Under the pieces are notes generated by a model, which ran no database searches, was not told the origin of the DNA, and saw only the letters and a program-made list of their open reading frames with translations. Below are positions 27,001-35,453 of a stretch of DNA of 64,000 nucleotides, one piece after another. Source of the DNA: Fibrobacteria bacterium (lineage in GTDB: Bacteria > Fibrobacterota > Chitinivibrionia > Chitinivibrionales > FEN-1185); the NCBI GenBank assembly GCA_037447435.1, contig JBBIGR010000003.1:64001-128000 (forward strand), written 5' to 3'. A program made the translations under genes and the position numbers. Position 1 is the first letter of the stretch. The number at the start of each line of letters is the position of its first letter.

Positions 27001-29738
27001 GGCTCGGGAGTTATGAGCGCGCCTCGGCTCCTATCGATTGGAACATCGTTGAAATTTCGGGCAATCCTCCTACAGGAACAATTAGCAGCGCAGTCGGGAA
27101 TACGACGACATTGAATCCCGTTAGAGCATACAATACGGTTTACATAATAGCGCGACTCGATTCGACAGGATTGCCGACCACGGCACGCGATACAATACAG
27201 GTCAGAATTGTCGCCGGCGCGCCAAGCAAGCTGGTCATTGAAGCCGATCCGAACTGGCAAGTCAAGCCGAACACGGCGACGCCGGTTGACAGTGTGAAAA
27301 TCGCAAATACGCAGCGCTGGGTCCCCGTTTATGCCTTGCTTCGCGATAAATTGGACAACTTTGTTCAATATTCGACAAATACGACATGGGGAAGCCTGAA
27401 TGACGCCGGTGCTTTTGATACGTCGATAGTCAATGTTTCCAGCGGTACAAATACTATCGGTGAAGGGATTGTAAGGCGTATCGCATCGGAAGGCTCGCAG
27501 CGTATTTACGCAAAAAGCAACGACTATCCGGGACTGGGAGACACCGCGGTCGCCGTCGTATTGAAATATTACTATATACAACTCATGATTGTTGTTGGAA
27601 ATTCGAATATCAGTATCGATAAGCTCTACATGACGACCAATGACGATACTACTCTTAAGGTTATAGGTTTGCGTTCGGATACCGCTGCTTGGGAACCGGT
27701 CAATGCAAAATGGGAAATATCGACCGGCATTTACGTGCCATCCAATGAAGCTCCTCCGGGAAGCGCAAATAAATGGTCGTTTTCGCCAAGTGCGCCGGGT
27801 ACGGGCTGGATTAGGGTAACCCTTGGAAACGATGCTCAGACCCTGCCCGATACGGTACAGGCCGTATTTGCTGCAGGACCGCCAACCGGCGTAACTATCG
27901 ATATTATTACACCGCCGGCTCAACGAATTGCCGGTGATACCATTGTTGCGGTGGTAAAAGTAACCAATAAAGACGGCCTTATTCCCGATACCTGCTATGC
28001 CACATCGTATCAAAACGCGCTTGGCGGTGGTGGCGGACGGCCGGACCCGGTTGTTATTGCAGACCAGGTTGAGAAAATGGGGCAGACCGCATCGGAATGC
28101 TTCAAAGGTGGTGTGGACACTGTAAAATTCGTTTTATATAAAGCACCCTACAATAAAGACAGCTTGGAAAAAATCACCGTCACACTCAATTCGCTGGTGG
28201 GCGTGACCGACCCATTTAATGTGTTGCCCGGCGATTTGAACAAAATTGTGATTGAGGATGCCGGCGGAAAGGCGCTTGACACCGTGAAACTCCAATATCC
28301 CAACGACAATAAATCCATGTACGCGGTGGGATACGATAAATACGGCAATAAAATCGGCAGAATAGGGACGTCGACATGGGACAAAGACGGTAACCTGCAT
28401 CCGATTGACTTTGGAAATAATGTCGCAAGCATTTATTACAAATCCGGTGATGCAATAAAGAATGAAGCGGGAAACATCATTGTTTCGGCAACCAATGCGG
28501 CAGGGACAAAAGTCGCCGATAGCGTTTACGTTATAATATCAAAACCGATTTCCATTTCAACGAGTACCTGGGATGCCGATGGAAACGGCTATCTTGATAA
28601 AATAGAGCTGCATCTCGGCGATCTGGCGACCATTCCCGTCACCGGTTCCACCATTACATTTTCCGGAACCTACGATGATAAAGTTACGGGTAAAACGGTC
28701 CAGTATTCCAATCTGGTGGCCGATAGCATTGTTTCGAAAAACGGAACAACCACGGATTCGGTTTTCACCTTGTACCTAAAAGAACCGCTTGCGGGCACTC
28801 CGGCCTCTCAATATCCGCAAACCGGTTGGACGCCGACAATATCCATTGGCGGTTTACCGGGAGGCGTTTCGTTTACTTCCGTTGCCGCAGATAGCGCCGG
28901 TCCGGTCATTTGGAGTGTTACCAAAACCATCAACTCCACGACCGACCGTTCTAAAGACGTGATTACGGTAACATTGAGCGAGCCGATCAAAAACGGCAAC
29001 CAGGATTTTAGTTTGTCTACGTTGCCGAAAAACGTGTTTTACGTTTGGACCACCGGCGGCGACACGTCGAGTGCTTCAAACTTTGTCAAGGTACAGAACC
29101 TTTTCGACAGCATTCTGACCTTTACTTCCATAGATCCGACAAAAACCGTGGTAACGTTCAACTCGGTTCCCGGTGTGGATTTTACATCCCGCGATTATTT
29201 GAGCCTGAATGATTCGGCAGCCGTGGTTTCCGACGGAAAATCGTCGGGAAACACTCCGGCGCCGAATAACCGCAAAGTTAAAATTATTGTCAACGGTTTG
29301 CCGATCGGCGAAATCCTTGTCGCTCCGAACCCGACCGGTCCGATATTTACACATGAAAGTCCCGGCGTATTCAATCTTGCGTATCAACCCAAGGCTCGGG
29401 AGTGGGTAAGAACGGACCATGCCGGAGCCCTGTTGACGTTTAAAATTGCGTTGAGTGTAGACCCGAAAACCGGGGAACCGGAAAAGATTACCGGGTATTT
29501 GAAAGTGTACGATATGATAGGCAATGTCGTTTTGTCTGCAAAAGGTAACAGCAACGGCATCATCCCTTCTACCTGGGGAAAAGACGCGAGTACCTATGAT
29601 TTCGATATGTATTGGAACGGATCGAATGAAAAGAAAATGCCGGTCGCGCCGGGAATTTACAGGGTCATGTTGTTTTTGACATATCCTAATTCCTCGGTAC
29701 CGAAGAAATATATAGCGACAGTCGGAATTTCCAAATAA
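24036..29738 (+). CDS. Fibro-slime (PA14-like) domain surface protein, paralog B (about 1900 aa)
   Basis: Signal peptide MMKKMFAAGLIFVMFAAIGIMA; HNYSFAMH...FKGDDDVWVFLN...DIGGIH; three internal repeats; same C-terminal domain as paralog A. The ORF track starts at TTG 24012; ATG 24036 has an AAGGGA RBS. Confidence 0.88.
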   Translation: MMKKMFAAGLIFVMFAAIGIMAQTYPATLNVPVTFFDYHSNGSNPDFNPGHSGDWYISGRHYNMLADTLDANGLPTIGTSVNLNWGINKWFQSWTPGDFRKPVYYRLADAPNPIGALKSVTANSGTDTNYKNITIQDNLVFTYVPNSPGLYTFNDDAFFRLDNRGFGNEPTWVYNYGTGSTAVVNDHNYSFAMHMHWPFTYTPGQKFNFKGDDDVWVFLNHKMALDIGGIHEAVSDSFVLDDAFVTANGLNMVAGGQYDFDMFYCERQSTASHIQITSNIVTAKPDTIKMTVHPDTNVVPAGTVIKYIAHVEKTGGLFCDQCSKNVKWNLSPNTTRSYLTPASPTRGDTGTFYAIDAYQKYIITATYDSIIQQTGYYDTVHIKFVDTVMVVPGPATHLNIEQNSDSMVSLRSDNRLGALTISNTVLTQNVYGILRDAYGNWVSHATNDSWLSRDTTVVTATATGQTQLGEGQIKRISAVDANTVVRASKGAFFDTLQVHVSTVTYSQIQIYVLDGGIKPIDSLVMRSDQDSTLFARGLRADGSGIWDPLSVTWTYSSGLKFDNNPGQGKSWTVSPIDTTARGYIYIADTSNSIVLRDSVKVRFLPGLPNTEVLYPLAGKPNTTVPANPPFAANAFINVVAGDSFQIVAKLFDKNNLWLSSYERADAPITWSMQELTGNANTATLTPANNLGYLTKFVGTKAGTVVKVTASYQENGLTVTPQSLTLVIIPGPPTHLVVESDSIKSRSPNADQPLQTVTIGGRDTLATVYAILRDKFGNWVDFSKITTWSSADVTQATVLSGNASVGQGLISRVAKSGQTIITAKDVSGFSGTVTVNLSSITYDSLRIVVGPNNDLISSLNMRTDVGDTTLNVQGKRSDNGQWEFVPANWAINPALRTSTVPSQTSSWKFTPIDTGSGIIVASRQGTSGIIADTVKIHFMPGLAYSLALYQAPGTPGGANQAFQSPGTVLIDTAGKPLPIYAKVFDRNGIWLGSYERASAPIDWNIVEISGNPPTGTISSAVGNTTTLNPVRAYNTVYIIARLDSTGLPTTARDTIQVRIVAGAPSKLVIEADPNWQVKPNTATPVDSVKIANTQRWVPVYALLRDKLDNFVQYSTNTTWGSLNDAGAFDTSIVNVSSGTNTIGEGIVRRIASEGSQRIYAKSNDYPGLGDTAVAVVLKYYYIQLMIVVGNSNISIDKLYMTTNDDTTLKVIGLRSDTAAWEPVNAKWEISTGIYVPSNEAPPGSANKWSFSPSAPGTGWIRVTLGNDAQTLPDTVQAVFAAGPPTGVTIDIITPPAQRIAGDTIVAVVKVTNKDGLIPDTCYATSYQNALGGGGGRPDPVVIADQVEKMGQTASECFKGGVDTVKFVLYKAPYNKDSLEKITVTLNSLVGVTDPFNVLPGDLNKIVIEDAGGKALDTVKLQYPNDNKSMYAVGYDKYGNKIGRIGTSTWDKDGNLHPIDFGNNVASIYYKSGDAIKNEAGNIIVSATNAAGTKVADSVYVIISKPISISTSTWDADGNGYLDKIELHLGDLATIPVTGSTITFSGTYDDKVTGKTVQYSNLVADSIVSKNGTTTDSVFTLYLKEPLAGTPASQYPQTGWTPTISIGGLPGGVSFTSVAADSAGPVIWSVTKTINSTTDRSKDVITVTLSEPIKNGNQDFSLSTLPKNVFYVWTTGGDTSSASNFVKVQNLFDSILTFTSIDPTKTVVTFNSVPGVDFTSRDYLSLNDSAAVVSDGKSSGNTPAPNNRKVKIIVNGLPIGEILVAPNPTGPIFTHESPGVFNLAYQPKAREWVRTDHAGALLTFKIALSVDPKTGEPEKITGYLKVYDMIGNVVLSAKGNSNGIIPSTWGKDASTYDFDMYWNGSNEKKMPVAPGIYRVMLFLTYPNSSVPKKYIATVGISK

Positions 29739-29760
29739 AATTCCGGCGGGTATTTAAACG

Positions 29761-29792
29761 AAACGGCCGCATCCGTAAGGATGCGGCCGTTT
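29761..29792. terminator. Bidirectional terminator hairpin between convergent genes
   Basis: AAACGGCCGCATCC-GTAA-GGATGCGGCCGTTT, perfect stem. Confidence 0.85.
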
Positions 29793-29824
29793 CCATTTAA
29801 GGAGAGGGGCCGACTCGGACGAAA

Positions 29825-30238
29825 TTACAAACTATTGATAAACGCCTGCGAATCCGCGCAAGTTTCCAATTCTATCCGCAAATCAAGAATATCATCTTTT
29901 GTAATATGCCGTTTCGCAGAATGTGCCGATGATTCAGAGACCAAACATTTTTGCACGGGTATTGCGCAATCGTCAAAAGGCTCCGGAGACGATATCGGTA
30001 TTTTATTACTTTGTGCCTTGGTGATATTATGCAGTATTTTAAGCACCGTGGTGTCCTGGCGGCTTTTCCTTATTCGTTCAACTTGCTGGTCGCTCAGGAC
30101 AAAACATTTTGTTTTATAATAAACCAAGGGCGTCATGCAATTTGGGCAATTTAAAATGACCATTGAGGCATTATTACTTAAAAAAACATCAAAAGTCTGT
30201 TTGCAATGCGGACATGGAATAGATATTGTTTTAACCAT
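29825..30238 (-). CDS. Hypothetical protein with N-terminal zinc ribbon
   Basis: CPHC...CPNC; 137 aa; AAGGA RBS. Confidence 0.7.
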   Translation of the reverse strand: MVKTISIPCPHCKQTFDVFLSNNASMVILNCPNCMTPLVYYKTKCFVLSDQQVERIRKSRQDTTVLKILHNITKAQSNKIPISSPEPFDDCAIPVQKCLVSESSAHSAKRHITKDDILDLRIELETCADSQAFINSL

Positions 30239-30325
30239 GATTTTTGCTATGTCCTTTTACCATGTTTGTTTGGGTAATTTTTGCGTATTTCCATTGTACC
30301 ACATCGAAGGAAATAAGTCAAGAAA

Positions 30326-31255
30326 ATGATACAAGAAGCATTTGATATGCCGCATTCCGTCGAAACGCTCAAAAAACAGGCTTTTCAATTGGTCTCCGTA
30401 TGCAGGCGAGCAATTAAACGGGCAAAAAATAAAATTGAAAAACAAGAAGTAGAGCATGAGGAGGCAAAACAATTTCCTCGGTTTTCGCAACTTGCAGATT
30501 CCCTGATTGCCCATCCGGAACTATTTCATCGTGGACAATCGACAATTACCCTCGATAATATTCACACGCAAATGCCCGAAACGATAACGCTCGATCCAAG
30601 TCTCGGCGTTTTTGAAAATGCGCAGGAACTTTACAAAAAAGCCAGAAAAGGCAAACGAGGACTTGAAACAATAGAAGGAAACTTGCAGCAATCCCGAAAC
30701 GACGTGGAATTGTATCAAAGCCTTATGGCAGACTTGGAAAAATTCATCGCCGCACCGTCCAATACGTTTTCAATAGAAGTTGCTGTTCCGGAATTCGATC
30801 GCATTGTTGAAAAAATGCAGGCGTGCGGAATGATTCCCCGTAAAGATCCCCAAAAAAAGAAAGAAGCCGAAGAGAAAGTTCCTTACCGTCATATCACCCT
30901 CGACGGGTACGATATTTACATCGGGAGAAACGACAGCCAAAACGACGAATTGTCTACGAGATTTTGCAAGCCTTGGGACATTTGGATGCATGTTGCAGGG
31001 CATGCCGGATCGCATGTCGTAATAAAACGGGATAAAAATGCCCAATGGCCATCCAAGGATGTTCTTTTGAAGGTGGCGGCTTTTGCCATATGGTTTTCGA
31101 AAGCCAAGCATACGTCTTATGCGGAAGTGCATGTGACCGAAGGACGATTTGTTCGTAAAAGGCGGCATGCTCCTGCAGGCGAAGTCATTGCGGAACGTTG
31201 CAAAACTTTGCGGACAAGCCCTAAAAATCCGCAGGAATTCTTCGGCGAATCCTAA
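30326..31255 (+). CDS. NFACT (RqcH/FbpA-family) protein, coiled-coil plus NFACT-R only
   Basis: LDPSLGVFENAQELYKKARK; IYIGRNDSQNDEL; DIWMHVAGHAGSHVVI. Confidence 0.85.
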   Translation: MIQEAFDMPHSVETLKKQAFQLVSVCRRAIKRAKNKIEKQEVEHEEAKQFPRFSQLADSLIAHPELFHRGQSTITLDNIHTQMPETITLDPSLGVFENAQELYKKARKGKRGLETIEGNLQQSRNDVELYQSLMADLEKFIAAPSNTFSIEVAVPEFDRIVEKMQACGMIPRKDPQKKKEAEEKVPYRHITLDGYDIYIGRNDSQNDELSTRFCKPWDIWMHVAGHAGSHVVIKRDKNAQWPSKDVLLKVAAFAIWFSKAKHTSYAEVHVTEGRFVRKRRHAPAGEVIAERCKTLRTSPKNPQEFFGES

Positions 31256-31260
31256 AACTA

Positions 31261-31283
31261 AACCCCGGAGCGTTTCCGGGGTT
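31261..31283. terminator. Terminator hairpin between the convergent NFACT and bfr genes
   Basis: AACCCCGGA-GCGTT-TCCGGGGTT. Confidence 0.7.
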
Positions 31284-31339
31284 CTTAAAACATCCGTTTA
31301 ACAACCCAGCGATGTAGCGGCTCCACTGGAGGCTTCCGG

Positions 31340-31810
31340 TTATTCCTTGACTTGAGATGATAGGAAAATCGCGGTTCCCATATGTTTAATTTGGTCTTGA
31401 AGCTCTTCAATATCGTCAATATGACGGTCTTCATCCTGGAGTATCGATTCAAGTATTTCGCGCGTGGCAAAATCGCCGACATCGCCGGCAATCTTAATGA
31501 CGTCGTTATAAGCCTTGATCGCGGTTTCTTCGGCCGAATGGTCGTTTTCCAATTGTTTAGGCACTTCCGATCCTATATTTATTTTGCCGTAATTTGATAC
31601 GATCGGCGTACCTTCAAGGAAAATTATTCTTGCGATAAGTTTTTCAGCGTGTTTCATTTCATCGATAGACCGCTTTCTAAAATGTCCGTGTAAACGGTCG
31701 TACCCCCAGTTCTCCGCAATTTCAGCATGAACCATGTATTGATTAATGGCCGTTAATTCGTCGGAAAGCAGTGAATTCAAAGATTCGATCAATTTAGCAT
31801 TGCCCTTCAT
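31340..31810 (-). CDS. bfr: Bacterioferritin
   Basis: MKG...ELTAINQY..H...WG...IDEMKHA (heme-ligand Met retained)...LFLEG-like IFLEG...EDRHID; 156 aa. Confidence 0.95.
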   Translation of the reverse strand: MKGNAKLIESLNSLLSDELTAINQYMVHAEIAENWGYDRLHGHFRKRSIDEMKHAEKLIARIIFLEGTPIVSNYGKINIGSEVPKQLENDHSAEETAIKAYNDVIKIAGDVGDFATREILESILQDEDRHIDDIEELQDQIKHMGTAIFLSSQVKE

Positions 31811-31855
31811 GTCTTCCTCCCAAAAATAAGGTTAATAATTATTTCCCTAAATTTT

Positions 31856-31872
31856 TGCAAAGAATATGCCAA
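31856..31872 (-). promoter_or_regulatory. Sigma54-type promoter of bfr
   Basis: Minus strand TTGGCATATTCTTTGCA (GG-N10-GC). Confidence 0.75.
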
Positions 31873-31915
31873 TAGCTATTGCATTAGAATTTAAGGTTAA
31901 TTATCGGTTTTCTTA

Positions 31916-31942
31916 AAAATGAGAATATAAATTTCTCATTTT
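31916..31942. promoter_or_regulatory. Palindromic enhancer/operator between divergent sigma54 promoters
   Basis: AAAATGAGAA-N7-TTCTCATTTT, perfect 10-bp arms. Confidence 0.6.
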
Positions 31943-32018
31943 GGAAAAAATCCATCGTTTTATCGGGTTTAAAAAAATTGCAAGCTACAAACTGACAACT
32001 ATTGATCTAATAATTTAT

Positions 32019-32035
32019 AAGGCATGGAAATTGCG
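32019..32035 (+). promoter_or_regulatory. Sigma54-type promoter of the fumC operon
   Basis: AAGGCATGGAAATTGCG (GG-N10-GC), 36 bp before the ATG at 32071. Confidence 0.7.
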
Positions 32036-32070
32036 TTTTATTGCTAATTTTAAAATGGGGTAAATCTTTA

Positions 32071-33462
32071 ATGGCTTTCCGAATTGAAAAAGACTCGATG
32101 GGTGAAATGTATGTTCCCGATGAATGTTATTGGGGAGCGCAAACCGAAAGGTCTATAAAATTTTTTAATATCGGCGACGAAACCATGCCTCATGAAATCA
32201 TAGAGGCCTTCGGGGTTTTAAAAAAGGCATGTGCGATAGTCAATCAAGACCTCGGTTTGCTTTCGGAATTAAAAGCCGAAGCTATAATACGGGCTTGCGA
32301 CGAAGTAATCGAAGGTAAGTTTTTGTCTCAATTTCCCCTGAGCGTATGGCAGACCGGCAGCGGAACGCAAACCAACATGAATGTGAACGAGGTTGTGGCG
32401 AACCGGGGAATCGAAATATTGGGTGGAGTCAAAGGGCGTAAATCGCCAATTCATCCCAATGACGATGTTAATTTATCGCAATCGTCAAATGATACGTTTC
32501 CTTCGGCCATGCATATTAGTGCGGTAAAATCGATAAGAGAAAAACTGGTCCCCGCCGTAATCGAGCTGCAATCGGCATTTGAAATGAAAAGCAGGGAATT
32601 TTCTTCTATTGTCAAAATAGGGCGAACCCATTTGATGGATGCGGTACCTTTAACGCTCGGGCAGGAGTTTTCCGGCTATGCAAAGCAACTGAAATACGGC
32701 ATTGAAAGGATAGAGCAATGCCTTCCTCAGCTGTACCGTTTGGCGTTGGGCGGCACCGCGGTGGGAACAGGATTGAATTGTCCAAAAGATTTTCCCGATA
32801 TGGTTTCTCATGTCATAGCAAATTTGACCGGATACCCGTTTGTTTCCGCAGAAAACAAATTCGAAGCTTTGGCAGCGCATGACTCTATCGTGCAAACAAG
32901 CGGTGCGCTAAAAACTCTTGCAGTTTCACTAATGAAAATAGCCAATGATGTCCGATGGTTGGCATCCGGACCGCGTTGCGGTATCGGAGAACTCATGCTG
33001 CCTCAAAATGAACCGGGAAGTTCGATCATGCCGGGCAAGGTAAACCCTACTCAAACCGAAGCGCTTACCATGATTGCCGTCCAGGTGATGGGCAATGATG
33101 CGACAATAGCTTTTGCCGGAGCTTCCGGCAATTTTGAACTCAATGTTTACAAGCCTGTTTTAATTTATAATTTGCTTCAGTCGATACGGCTTTTGTCGGA
33201 CGGATGTAAAAGCTTCAATGAATTTTGCGTAAAAGGAATTCGCGCAAACGAAACAGTGATCGCGAACCATGTCTCGAATTCCCTCATGCTGGTGACCGCT
33301 TTGAATTCTCATATCGGCTACGATCGGGCGGCACTCATTGCCCGCAAAGCGTATGACGAGAATATCACGTTAAAGTCCGCCGCCGTTTCGCTTGGAATTT
33401 TGACGGAAAATGAATTTGATGAATTTGTCAACCCTAATCGAATGACCGGACATCCCTTTTAG
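32071..33462 (+). CDS. fumC: Class II fumarate hydratase
   Basis: RIEKDSMGE...[35 protein letters not shown]. Confidence 0.96.
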   Translation: MAFRIEKDSMGEMYVPDECYWGAQTERSIKFFNIGDETMPHEIIEAFGVLKKACAIVNQDLGLLSELKAEAIIRACDEVIEGKFLSQFPLSVWQTGSGTQTNMNVNEVVANRGIEILGGVKGRKSPIHPNDDVNLSQSSNDTFPSAMHISAVKSIREKLVPAVIELQSAFEMKSREFSSIVKIGRTHLMDAVPLTLGQEFSGYAKQLKYGIERIEQCLPQLYRLALGGTAVGTGLNCPKDFPDMVSHVIANLTGYPFVSAENKFEALAAHDSIVQTSGALKTLAVSLMKIANDVRWLASGPRCGIGELMLPQNEPGSSIMPGKVNPTQTEALTMIAVQVMGNDATIAFAGASGNFELNVYKPVLIYNLLQSIRLLSDGCKSFNEFCVKGIRANETVIANHVSNSLMLVTALNSHIGYDRAALIARKAYDENITLKSAAVSLGILTENEFDEFVNPNRMTGHPF

Positions 33463-33480
33463 CCCGAAAGGATATTTTTC

Positions 33481-35400
33481 ATGAAGGATACAATTACCGA
33501 AAAGCTTTTACTTTCACATTTGGCAGAGGGAACGCTTCGGCCGGGAGAAGAAATCGGATTACGCATCGATCAGACCTTGACGCAGGATGCGACCGGGACG
33601 ATGGCGTACCTTGAGTTCGAATCGATGGGTATTTCACGCGTCAATGTCGGTTGTGCGGTAAGCTATGTCGATCACAATATTATACAAACCGATTCCCGCA
33701 ATGCGGACGATCACCGCTTTCTCCAATCCTGCGCTTCAAAATTCGGGGTCATTTACTCGGGTCCGGGAAACGGGGTTTCGCATCATGTTCATCGGCAACG
33801 CTTCGGAATTCCGGGACAAACCCTCTTGGGTTCCGATAGTCACACAACAACCGGGGGCTGTTTGGGGATGCTGGCAATCGGTGCCGGCGGCATCGAGGTT
33901 GCATTGGCAATGGCGGGCAAACCGTATCATATAATAACTCCGCTCGTTTGGGGAATTTACGTTGAGGGAACATTACAGCCGTATGTCTCCGGTAAAGACG
34001 TCATTCTTGAATTGTTACGCCGATACACCTGCAACGGCGGAACGGGAAAAGTGATAGAATTCTTCGGACCCGGCGTTGCAAATCTTGACATGAGCGCAAG
34101 AGCGACAATCGCAAACATGGCGGTCGATATGGGATGCACGGCCGGGGTTTTTCCTTCCGACCATATTACGAAAGAATATCTCGAACGCAATAACCGAGGG
34201 AACGACTGGAAAGAACTTTTGATTGGTCCTAAGCCGGAGTGGGATGAATTGACAAGAATGGATTTGGGTGCCGTTGAACCGTTGGTGGCGTGTCCATCCA
34301 ACCCGGATAATGTAAAACGGGCCGCAGACCTCGGCACTGTCGATGTTCATCAGGTTCTTTTAGGCTCGTCTTGCAACGGCAGTTATCGAGATTTCATGAT
34401 TGCATCCAAAATTGTTGCAGGCAAAACCAAACACCCGAACGTCGATTTCGAGATCAATACGGGAAGCCGACAAACATTGGTTAATGTAATGATGATGGGG
34501 GGGACTCGCGCGTTTATCGAAGCCGGAGCGCGCATCCATGAGCCGGGTTGTCTGGGCTGCATCGGAATGGGGCAGGCTCCTGCAACGGGGACCGTTTCCC
34601 TGAGAACGTTTCCCCGGAATTTTAAAGGGCGCAGCGGAACCAAGGATGATCAAGTGTATTTATGTTCGCCCGAAACCGCGGCAGTGTCGGCATTGACGGG
34701 AAAAATTACCGACCCTCGAACTTTGGGTAAGGAAACCTATCCTTCTATCGAAACGCCGAAAACCTATTTTTTCAAATCGGAATGGTTTATCGCGCCTGCC
34801 AAGGAAGGTGAAGAAGTAGAAATACTCCGCGGACCCAATATTAAACCGTTTCCGAGGTTTGCCAGAATGCCGGATTCCTTATCCGGAGAGGTATTGATAA
34901 AAGTTGGCGATAATATCAGTACCGACACGATAATGCCTGCCGGAAACAGGGTTCTGCCTTTACGGAGCAATATTCCGGCAATAAGCGAATTCGTATTTGA
35001 ATCCGTCGATCCTGCATTTGCAAAGCGGGCACGTGAACATGCCGATGGTATTGTGATCGCAGGGAATAACTACGGACAAGGGTCTTCGCGCGAACATGCC
35101 GCACTTGCGCCGCGATATTTGGGAGTTATCGTAAAAATCGCCAAAAGTTTTGCCCGTATTCATAAGGCGAATCTTATCAATTTCGGTATTGTGCCGCTGG
35201 TCTTTAAAAATCCGGAGGATTACAATATTATCAATCAGGGAAACAAACTTGTTTTCAAAGATATTCGAAAATCAATTGAAAACGGTTCTACGGAAATCAA
35301 GGTTAGTGTCGACGGAAAGGATATCGTGACGATACTCGATATTTCTCAAAGGCAACGAACCGTGTTATTGTGCGGCGGCATTCTGAATGTGGATAATTAA
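33481..35400 (+). CDS. Aconitate hydratase (short, about 640 aa type)
   Basis: TQDATGT, YVDHN, GSDSHT, GSSCN, CLGCIG, PRNFKGR, STDTIMPA and NYGQGSSREHAA. Confidence 0.88.
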   Translation: MKDTITEKLLLSHLAEGTLRPGEEIGLRIDQTLTQDATGTMAYLEFESMGISRVNVGCAVSYVDHNIIQTDSRNADDHRFLQSCASKFGVIYSGPGNGVSHHVHRQRFGIPGQTLLGSDSHTTTGGCLGMLAIGAGGIEVALAMAGKPYHIITPLVWGIYVEGTLQPYVSGKDVILELLRRYTCNGGTGKVIEFFGPGVANLDMSARATIANMAVDMGCTAGVFPSDHITKEYLERNNRGNDWKELLIGPKPEWDELTRMDLGAVEPLVACPSNPDNVKRAADLGTVDVHQVLLGSSCNGSYRDFMIASKIVAGKTKHPNVDFEINTGSRQTLVNVMMMGGTRAFIEAGARIHEPGCLGCIGMGQAPATGTVSLRTFPRNFKGRSGTKDDQVYLCSPETAAVSALTGKITDPRTLGKETYPSIETPKTYFFKSEWFIAPAKEGEEVEILRGPNIKPFPRFARMPDSLSGEVLIKVGDNISTDTIMPAGNRVLPLRSNIPAISEFVFESVDPAFAKRAREHADGIVIAGNNYGQGSSREHAALAPRYLGVIVKIAKSFARIHKANLINFGIVPLVFKNPEDYNIINQGNKLVFKDIRKSIENGSTEIKVSVDGKDIVTILDISQRQRTVLLCGGILNVDN

Positions 35401-35453
35401 TTCAATGATCATAAGCAAAATATACGGACGATTTTAAGGGGAAGGCCAACAAT

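Noticed and set aside
26937..28013. Long antisense ORFs (e.g. 26937-28013, 21298-22173, 13454-14191, 61055-61828, 62594-63046)
   Set aside because: Shadows of well-supported genes on the opposite strand, with no motifs of their own.
21548..28933. About 35 nt of near-identical DNA (GGTCCGGTCATTTGGAGTGT.ACCAAAACCATCAA) in both fibro-slime genes as a shufflon or DGR site
   Set aside because: Direct orientation, encodes a conserved peptide, and no recombinase or reverse transcriptase is in the window.
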